DNA of 64,000 nt from Eledone cirrhosa (Eukaryota), in assembly GCA_964016885.1 (NCBI GenBank), contig OZ024741.1, forward strand, positions 204,414,001 to 204,478,000, in the 5' to 3' direction. Shown piece by piece: positions 12,496-21,589 of this stretch. The first letter of the stretch is position 1; each line of letters begins with the position of its first letter. The position numbers and the translations under genes are program-made. The notes beneath the pieces are model-generated. The model saw only the letters and a list, made by a program, of their open reading frames with translations, made no database searches and was not told the origin of the DNA.

Positions 12496-12799
12496 GAAGC
12501 GCAGTTAACAAACACATACATATATATCATTATCATCATAATTGTTTATACTTTAGGCACAAGGCCAGCAATTACCCAGTGCATTACTGGTACTTTATTT
12601 TATCGACCCCGTAAGGATGAAAGGCAAAGTCAACCTCGGCTGAGTTCAAATCCCGCCGAGGTTGACTTTGCCTTTCATCCTTACGGGGTCGATAAAATAA
12701 AGTACCAATAATGCACTGGGTAATTTCTGGCCTTGTGCCTAAAGTATAAACAATTATGATGATAATGATATATATGTATGTGTTTGTTAACTGCACTTC
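12496..12799. repeat. Near-perfect palindrome (145-bp arms, 14-nt loop) made of a SINE 3' half plus its flank
   Basis: 12496-12640 is the reverse complement of 12655-12799 with about 3 mismatches. The loop TGAGTTCAAATCCC is the SINE B box. Confidence 0.95.
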
Positions 12800-12884
12800 A
12801 TCAGAAAGTGTCATTAAGCTACAAAATACATATGAAGACATGGCACGTGAGAGGTGTAAATTATTTCAACCTAAATATAAAATA

Positions 12885-13312
12885 CTAGCTGAATGACCCG
12901 TTGTTGCTCGGGTTACTGCTGTTCTTATTCAGATTAGTAAACAATAAATATGAAGATATATATTTTTTTCTCATAATTATTTCAAAATATCTATATTTTA
13001 TAAAAAAAATATCAAAAGTGTAATAATAGAATTTAGAAATGAAAATCTGTCGATCTTGAAACACCTCAGGGTAAACAATATTCATTGTGTAATTTTTTGT
13101 TGGTGTCCAAATGAATAAATTTTTGCTGCTTCCAACTCGTGAGCAATCAACATAGAGTTGACCGTGGGAGAAATATGTAGTAGAGAGATCAAGTCCAACA
13201 ACCTTGAAGGATTGACTCCGAGATTTGTTAATTGAAATAACAAAACTTAGTTTGACTGGAAACTGAAGCCTCTTAAATTCAAATGAAACAGCTGTAGGTA
13301 TGAAAGGAATTT
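12885..13312 (-). mobile_element. Helitron 3' remnant (helicase C-terminus plus terminus)
   Basis: IPFIPT..FEFKRLQFPVKLSFVISINKSRSQS..VVGLDL..FSHGQLYVDCSRV..NIVYPEV. Minus-strand hairpin ACCCG-n8-CGGGT then CTAG (12885-12888). Confidence 0.9.
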
Positions 13313-14009
13313 TTAGAAAAAAAAATGTTTGTTTCAATATTGTAAACAAATAAGTATCAACATCCAAAAAAAATATATAATAATTATTATTTTTGTATGC
13401 AGTGTAAATTAACCAAATATAAGCAAATGTATTAACTGCTAATTCAATGGTATGAGAATATAAATATAAACGAACAGGCACACATACACTCACACAAACA
13501 TACATTCATACAAACACACACAGTTTCACCCATGGTTTCATTATGTCAGTTGTCACAGAAATATATGTATACTCGCACACACGTACACTCACACACATAT
13601 ACTTGTCAGTCATCATGTGTAGATGTGTGTGTTTAATTTTCTGCCTATCTGATTAAATATTTACGTGAAGATGTATGTGTATGTAACTTACTAAGGTATA
13701 ACATACATAACGGACACATAAACACACACACAAACACATACACTCATATACAAAATGTGACATCGTCGTTGTTGTAGTGTTATAAAATGTCCATTTATTA
13801 TAGTTGACTATAGTAGAATATTGTTTGATAAAAAGTCATATAATATGTAATTAACAGAAAAGAAATCAAGTTGTTATTACCATATATATAGTAAAAGATA
13901 TATTTTTCTAAGAAAAATAAAACAATTCAAACTCAAATGTCAAGTACTTTCTAAGTAAGAAAAAAAAAAGAGAAAAAATATAGATAATCAGTTTTTGACA
14001 GAGAGGTTC

Positions 14010-14170
14010 TCTTTTACACTTTTACTTGTTTCAGTCAGTAGATTGCAGCCATGCTGGGGCATCATCACGATTTAGTCGATTGTATCGACCCCAATACTTG
14101 TTTTCAAGTCTGGTACTTAGTTTATCAATCTCTTTTTGTTGAACTGCTAAGATTAGGGACATAAACAGAC
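14010..14170 (-). mobile_element. SINE 3' fragment (second family)
   Basis: TTTTACTTGTTTCAGTCA..GCAGCCATGCTGG..ATCGACCCC..CTGGTACT..TTTATC motif string, related to the SINE A central domain. Confidence 0.5.
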
Positions 14171-14277
14171 AGGCAGACACAAATGCAAACAAAGAAATGG
14201 ACACAGACACATACATCCATATAAATAAATATATATGCTGGGTAAACTTTAACAATGCTATGTCTGCATTTTATATA

Positions 14278-14373
14278 TATTTCATATAGAAATGACTTCT
14301 ACAGGGCTAGAAATGCTTCATTCAAACAAATGAAACAATTCTAGTCCCGTAGGAGTCATTTCTATATGAAATA
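14278..14373. repeat. 96-bp palindromic MITE-like element
   Basis: TATTTCATATAGAAATGACTTCTACAGGGCTAGAAATGCTTCATT vs AATGAAACAATTCTAGTCCCGTAGGAGTCATTTCTATATGAAATA. Confidence 0.8.
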
Positions 14374-15323
14374 AAAATGTACCTTCTCTACTAATGTACA
14401 ATACCATATTTAACCGTGGTTTCCTTCTTTTCCTCTTCGAAAAATCATTCTTAATTACATGTCATTATCATCGCTGTTTAACGTCCACCTTCCACGCTAG
14501 CATAGGTTAGACACATTCAGTGGATTGGCAGTATCGGTAAAGGGTCGGACGCCATGCTTTCCAGCATAGTTACGTCCCTTTACGATCCGAGTTCAAATCC
14601 CGCCGAGGTTGACTTTGCCTTTCATCCTTACGGGGTCGATAAAATAAAGTACCAGTAATGCACTGGGTAATTGCTGGCCTTGTGCCTAAAGTAGAAACAA
14701 TTATTTTTATATTCTTTTAATTTCCCCTCATCTTTAACAGCACTTTTCAACTGCATCTAACTCTTATTTACCATATCTATATGTATTAGTATAATTTTAT
14801 TAATATAAATATACCCATCAATTAAATTAATTTATATTCTTTTCATAGATGTATTTTTTTCACTAACACTTTAGTCTCCTTAGATATTTGCATTGACATT
14901 ACTATTTTATAACAGCAACTGCTTGTATACCTTTTAATGACCACCTGACCTATTTTCACCCCTAAAATAAGCTTCAATTACTACTATTTTACCATTTGGC
15001 CAATTATTAACTTTTTATTGGTTAATTCTAAACCTCTTACCAAACAGACAGAATATATTAGATCTTTGTTGGTTTTATTCAATGAACAAATAAAATTATT
15101 TCTGAGGTCAGCATACGACCTATTTTCTTCCCTAAAATAATCCTTCATTCATAATATTCTTTTTCATCCAAAACTGAAATCTACCTTCCTCTACCCATAA
15201 TTGAAGGTTGTTCTACTACTATATTACTATCTAGACCCTCACTATCTCTCTATTGGTCAATTCAAAACCTGTTCCCAAACAGACCTATTGTATTGAATCT
15301 TTGTTTTTTTCAATAAACAAATA

Positions 15324-15467
15324 TCATTATTTCTGAAGACAGCATATATATGTGTAGGTATGTATATTCCCTTTGATAGTTTGTATAAATATTGTACATA
15401 GATCTATAGAATATGCATACCAACTCTAACACACATATATATCCTAGAAACGATCGTAAAATGATGA
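15324..15467 (+). ncRNA. Type I hammerhead ribozyme motif with extended stem II (3' pLTR copy)
   Basis: Stem I TCATTATTT/AAATGATGA (9 bp, one G-U), CTGAAGA core at 15333-15339, GAAA at 15447-15450, palindromic CGATCG stem III, predicted GUA cleavage after 15458. Confidence 0.7.
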
Positions 15468-15677
15468 ATTTTTTTTAATATAAGGAACTGTTTCTTTGTT
15501 TATTCATTATTTTATTAATTTATCTTGACTCTGTTTTCCGTTTATTTTTCACCGAAAATAGTTTTTGAATGCATCTTCTCTTTTCATGATATCCGGATTA
15601 CATTGAGTTCTTCATACGGATTGGACACTACCGTAAACTTTTGGTAGATTTATCTATATATATATAGATAGATAGCC

Positions 15678-16780
15678 ATGCTCAGTGTGTAGGAAAGGAG
15701 TAGGCAGAAATTCCATTTTATGTCCCAAATGCAAAAAGAAGTGGGATCACAGGTAAACTATCTAAGAACGTAGATTTTATATGTGGCCGATGCTCAGGTG
15801 CAATAAGTAGCAAGTGCCCACAGGATACTAGCTCCTTCTATTGCCCAGATGGTTCTATAGAAATAGTGAACACCTTCCGTTATTGGGTGACAAAATCAGC
15901 AGTGGTGGGGGGTGCTTTGAAAATACAGTAGCCAAAGTCAGAACGGGATGGAAAAAGTTCAGGGAGCTAATACCACTATTGGCCACTAAAGGTTTCTCTC
16001 TAAAAATGAAAGGCAGACTGTATGATGCCTGTATACGAACAGCAATGTTACATGGCAGTGAGACATGGGCATTACATGCAGAGGATCTGCATAGACTGAA
16101 GAGGAACGAAGCATCCATGCTCCATTGGATGCGAACGGCAAAGCATAAATGAACTAAGTGAGAAATTAGGAATAAGAGGGATCAGATGCTGTTTACTCAA
16201 GAGAAGACTACGTTGGTATGGTCACATGATGCGCATGAAAGACGACAGCTGTATAAAAAAGTGCAGGGCGATCAAAATTGATGGAAGTTACGGAGTAGAT
16301 AGACCTAGAAAAACCTAGGACTATTTGATAAATTCCGACCTTACACACTTACACCTCTCTAAGACAATGTCACTGGACCGAGATCTTTGGTGCTATGCAG
16401 TAGTAATACAGAAGACCCGCCTTGCCTATGTACAAAGCGAAACCTACAGTCAGTAGGCACCTCTTAACCAAATATATACCCCATCCCACTACCCCTACTC
16501 CCACCAACACCACCCTTTGTCCAAAATAAATGAGGTCGTATAGGTGTCACGACAAAAAAACATACAGTCCACGCTGTAATGTGGCCGTGTAGGTAACACG
16601 GTAAAAACCTCCCAGTCCACACTGTAAATGTGGTTGGTGTTAGGAAGGGCATCCAGTCGTAGAAAACCTGCCAGATAGTCCTATACGATATGGTCACCCG
16701 ACCATTCTTGCCTCAAGTAGGACAACTCCCGTCTAAACGCATGCTAGCAAGGAAGATAGATGTTAAACGATGATGATGAT
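15678..16780 (+). mobile_element. RTE LINE remnant with long 3'UTR
   Basis: PCSVCRKGVGRNSILCPKC, RTGWKKFRELIPLL, GRLYDACIRTAMLHGSETW and RRLRWYGH. The 3'UTR has GGTTGGTGTTAGGAAGGGCATCCAG and a (GAT)n tail. Confidence 0.9.
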
Positions 16781-16796
16781 ATATATATATACATAT

Positions 16797-17128
16797 GGAG
16801 GCACATGGCTTAGTGGTTAGAGCATTGGCCTTGCAATCGAAAGGTTGTGAGTTCAATTCTCAGAACAGGTAATGTGTTGTTTCCTTGAGCAAGACACTTT
16901 ATTTCACATTGCTCCAGTTTACTCAGCTGTAGAAATGAGATGATAGGGACTGGGGTCCATATCATTCCACTGCAAAGTGGTCGTGGATAGCCACGGAAAA
17001 AAAGCACCCAGCACTCACTGTAAATGAGGTTGGTGTTAGGAAGGGCATCCAGCTGTAGAAATCAAGCCAGAATCAGTTCCCGTCCCACCCTTGCAAGCAG
17101 GGAAAAACGGAAGTAAAATGATGATGAT
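16797..17128 (+). mobile_element. tRNA-derived CORE-type SINE with RTE tail
   Basis: TGGCTTAGTGG (A box), GAGTTCAATTC (B box), CCTTGAGCAAGACACTT..TTGCTCCAG..ACTCAGCTG (CORE-like), then GGAAGGGCATCCAGCTGTAG and (GAT)n. Confidence 0.8.
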
Positions 17129-17475
17129 ATAAAAAAAAATTCGTTTTCAAATATAAAAACTGAAAAGGTGTAGGGAAAAAAGTTAAATCAGCTCAAAATA
17201 CGATAGTTTATTATAATAAACTGAACATACAGCTACATATAAGATTCTTTTTTAAATTTATATGAACTCCTACTGTGTTAGATTATTCACATGTAGAACA
17301 AATTATTCATTAAACAGTTATTTACATCATAATTTGATTTACAATTGTTTCATCCACATGGGACTCATTGGAATTAATCATTTTATAAATAGATACCTCA
17401 ACAAGTTCATCTTTTCGAAGCACAAAAAGCCCATAGAGTTTTGTTTATATTTTACAAAACTGCAGTCATCAGAAG

Positions 17476-17611
17476 AGATGTTATTTACCATGTGCAGCAT
17501 GATATTAATTCTTGCTGACACTCAAACGAATGTCATACACCAAAATGGTCTTGTAACCATAGGCAATGTCACTATGAATTAACGTCATGGTGCATGTGGT
17601 AAATAATATCT
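17476..17611. repeat. Imperfect ~45-bp-arm hairpin
   Basis: AGATGTTATTTACCATGTGCAGCATGATATTAATTC pairs with GAATTAACGTCATGGTGCATGTGGTAAATAATATCT. Confidence 0.7.
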
Positions 17612-17766
17612 TTTGTGATATATATTTAAATATATGTATGTGTATACTCTTTTACCTCTCAAAAATGGATGACTATGTACACACATGCTTTTTCTAAAAA
17701 AAATTGTTTCCCATTTATTCCTCTTTTCACTCTATCTTTCTATTTCATCTTTTATTTCTCATACTA

Positions 17767-17802
17767 TCTTCTGATGAAGGACTAGTGTCCGAAACGTTAA
17801 GA
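17767..17802 (+). ncRNA. Minimal type I hammerhead ribozyme (Penelope-type) in an isolated pLTR-like fragment
   Basis: TCTT-CTGATGA-A-GGAC-TAGT-GTCC-GAAAC-GTT^AAGA. Confidence 0.8.
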
Positions 17803-18014
17803 CTCTTTTCCTACTATATCAAGTGTTACACTAATATAATTCTTCATTGTACTGTGTTGTTTGCTTTGTTATTTCTGTTTACTTTTTGCACACACACACA
17901 CACACACACATATATATTAATATATTTACTCCTGGTTTTGAATTTGAATTTAATTTGAATTTAGAACACACTAAGTCCTGTTACTTTTCTGACACACCTG
18001 ATACTTATTACAAT

Positions 18015-18407
18015 ATAACCTACTACAGTCAGTAGGCATCTCTATCAAAACACACCCCCGTCCCACCACCTCCACCCCATCCACACCGCCCCTTTCAATG
18101 TAAAGTTATGTTGGTCCCACAACATCCAGGCCGAAACAAATGAGATCGTGTAGGTGTCACGACAAAAAAACCCGCCAGACAGTCCACGCTGTAAATGTGG
18201 CCGTGTAGGCAACACGGTAAAAACCTCCCAGCCCCACACTGTAAATGTGGTTGGTGTTAGGAAGGGCATCCAGCTGTAGAAAACCCGCCAGACAGTCCTA
18301 TGCGAGCAAGACAACCACTCTTGCCTCAAGTGGGAAAATCCCCGTCCAAACCCATGCAAGCGTGGAACACGGACGCTAAACCCGATGATGATGATGATGA
18401 TGATGAT
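18015..18407 (+). mobile_element. RTE 3'UTR-only copy
   Basis: Matches the 3'UTR at 16440-16780 and 23150-23552 and ends in (GAT)n. Confidence 0.85.
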
Positions 18408-18504
18408 ATTTTAATGACAAGTTGTGTAGTTATTATGTAACAGTTACATCGGTAACTGACATTGGTGTGATATCATCAGATGTTAACACAATTATGTGAA
18501 GGGG

Positions 18505-18999
18505 TTATGCTGATATGTTGCAGGCAAAATAGTTCCTTCCTGGTGTAAATCTGGTAAACACCAAATCTAGTTTCTCCTTCAACCAAGGTAGATTAAGGAA
18601 ACTGCGCAACTCTGAAAATGGAAACAGTAAAATGGAAAAAACCAGCAGTTACGAACTAACCTAGCGACTCTGTCACAACACCCTCAATAGAGATAATTTC
18701 TAGGAATACTTTAATGCATACCAATGAAGTAGAAAACATGGCCCTGCTACTAACAGAATACAGAATAAATCCCATCACTTTAACAAAATGTGCAAATATA
18801 AGGATATCCAGGCTAGAAGGGCCTTAGTAAAAATATCGTTTACATATGTAAAGTTAGCACAAACAATAAAATATATACATACATAGGTGGTACAACCACT
18901 AGCACACATTTAGAAGACTTGATAGGAGAAATAGCCCAGCCATCTTGGAACCAGTGTGGAGGCTTAAGCTTAATAACACAATATATTCCCTTTCTTGGT
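18505..18999 (-). other. Candidate terminal three-exon chain of an unknown minus-strand gene (18999-18883, 18749-18661, 18611-18505)
   Basis: GT-AG boundaries with polypyrimidine tracts and consistent phases (2/2, 2/1, 1/stop). No protein homology recognised and the second intron is only 49 nt. Confidence 0.25.
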
Positions 19000-19146
19000 C
19001 TAAAATTCAAATTACACAACCATACAACTGACATGGAATGCTTTTAACTGCTTGAGCCTGTTTATCTTCATGACGCAACACAGATAAACACCGTAATAAT
19101 TAGCAACTATATATAATATTAACAAAAGTGCACACATGAAAATGAA

Positions 19147-19646
19147 CAGTTGTTAGCTGTCGAGACACTGCATCCTTTAAAACTTCCATGCCTCCTGAGA
19201 TTCGCCAACACTACACCTAATATTCCCTCCTTCATACGCACACACACATGTATATCATGACTCATACACTATTCACTTCCCTGACATTTGTATATTATTC
19301 TATGTACTATACATGCACCTTTGATGAGTTGTAGTGCATCTGAGCACTGTACACAATAATTTCATTATTATTATTATATGTATAGCTAGATAGTTACGGC
19401 CCTTGCCATTCTGTGTTCAAATCCTGCCGAGGTTAACTTTGCCTTTCATCCTTATGGGGTCGATAAAATAAAGTACCAGTAATGCACTGGGTAATTGCTG
19501 GCCTTGTGCCAAAAGTAGAAACAATTATATGTATAGCTAGATCAAGCATAGCAACAATACCCAAACAGAACATGTAAAGGCAATCAAAGAAATCTAAGAA
19601 TTTTAACAATTGAACAAAGACAGTTAAAAAACTTATATATATATAA
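19147..19646. repeat. Inverted near-identical copy of 9397-9898 (CR1 3' end + SINE with TSD + non-repeat flank)
   Basis: Direct reverse-complement match over ~500 bp. The antisense ORFs 9345-9608(+) and 19433-19660(-) are nearly identical. Confidence 0.9.
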
Positions 19647-21589
19647 ATGGACAAATACAAGCCTTTACTCTCCTCTGAAAATACAATTTTGTATGTTAGG
19701 GTGGGATTGTATTATCATAGCCAGAGAGATGCATGCAACAGCACAATATCAAAGTAACCAAAGAGAAAATAAACAGTACATATATTTCTGCTCTAACAAC
19801 ATGCAAAAATATTTATGTAACTTATGAAAAAAAAAAATGGGTATGAGCAATAAGTAATGCTGGAAAAGAAAGGAATATAGGGACTTTTGTTCAAAAAGGA
19901 TTCACAAAATAGATAGAGTAATGGAAAGGCAACTGTCTGGCTAAAGGTCAGCAAAGGAAAAGTCAGAAAGGGTCAGAAGCAAGGACTGTAGAAGAGCATA
20001 CATAGAAAGTGGGAGAGAGAGAGACTATGGTGAAGACACTTGTTCAAAGTACTGCACAACAGAATCAAACCCACAATCACATAGCTGCATAGCAGACTTC
20101 TTAACTACATGGCCATCCATATTGAACGTTATATAAATAACGTGTAGACATTTGTTTATGTTTTAAATTTGATACACTGACTGTATCATTAACATTTTAG
20201 ATTACTGATACAAATGTCATGACATATTTTCCCATCTAGTTGATGTTACTTTCTGTTTCTAGTCAAAACAAATTACCCATTTCAATAAACCTGCACCAAC
20301 ATAACAGTTCTATTCTTTTATTTGTGGGATCATACCTTCTTACATCACTGGCAATGTACATTGAGCCAATGAGAGAAAGTGTTACTTCTGTAACCCTTTA
20401 GCATTTAAACAGGCCATATTCAGTAATGTAAATGCTAAAGGGTTAATTCATGTATTTCACCCTTCCTACCAAGACAAGCTTTTGGCTGGTACATAACAAC
20501 AATAACAAATAGGGCCTAAAGTGTGAGATTTTAGCTGATATGTTTGTCCAACAACAGGCCAGCAAATATCTGATAACACCCAACCCCCAACCCCACCATC
20601 CCTCAAAAACTCTCAGCTTAAATTTTCAGAGGAGTTAATTTCTATCGAAGGTTCTGATAACACGCATTGGAACCAAAGCCTTGGTGCCCTTCTTATCCTC
20701 AATTTTCCAGTTGACATAGACCTGCAGATGTTCAGGCTTAGCATGAATATTTTAGCAGTCTTGAAGGGCTTACAAGGGTCATAGGAACTGCTTCACTGCC
20801 TCTGACTAACAGTGCATTAAAAATCTTTTTTTTGTGTTTTTAATTTTTCTAAATTACAAAGTTATTTGAATATAAAATACATAAGTAAGTTTGTTTCGAA
20901 ATACTCATCCTTTTCCATTTTTTAGAGGGTTTTAAACCCCACTGTCAGGCTAAAATTTCTTTAGTAAAAAATCCGACAAAAGCTTCTATTTCTACCAAAT
21001 AAAATACATATCCCAGCTCTTCTATTCAGTATGTCATTATAAGAAAAGCAAAATTAGCCATACTACTACTATTACTACATATAAATAAATCAGATATAGT
21101 ATTTACATACGTAAGTAGATGCCAAAACAATTTTATTTAGATATGTGTTAGTGGTAGAAATACTTATGGCACTGTTAACATATTTTGAGAATAATTTCAT
21201 TTCTTTTCATTTGTTAAGCTTTAGCTTTAATAGGATGTTAAATATTTCTTTCAATTATGTTTTGTAATGGGAGGAGGGTGTGCACAATAAACATACTTCT
21301 ACTTGTTATTTTTAAAAAATTTGTTTAATCTGAATGGTGCTAGGGAGATACAACAGGGAGGTAATTAGAGATTTGATTGTATCAAGTCAGTTTTAGGAAG
21401 ATTTGACTGCTATTTCTAGCTGGTTAAGCAAATATGTAGATGTCCCCCTTGTCCTATTAGTGGTGTGGTAGAAACAACTGTATAGCAGACTAAATGTCTT
21501 AAAGAATTTTTACAGTCTGCTGGGTTAGCTTTGTTCAAGTAGATTTATGTTCAAAGAATTCCAGCCCAAACCACCCTGTGTTATTTTCA

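Larger units (their letters stand above)
11887..14702 (+). mobile_element. Single SINE family A insertion split by a 2.6-kb insert (head 11887-11947; remainder 14520-14702)
   Basis: Outer 17-bp TSD ATTATTTTTATATTCTT at 11869-11885 and 14700-14716. Internal 55-bp direct duplication at 11893-11947 and 14520-14574. Confidence 0.75.
10550..15650 (+). mobile_element. 5'-truncated Penelope-like element with inverted 5' pseudo-LTR, interrupted by later insertions (11690-14716)
   Basis: GIY-YIG ORF. 10550-10779 is the reverse complement of 15292-15522. Hammerhead motifs lie in both copies and TA-rich tracts flank both ends. Confidence 0.75.

Noticed and set aside
20620-20810. Short open frames on both strands resembling an exon
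   Set aside because: No consistent splice pair or recognisable homology, and stops are nearby.
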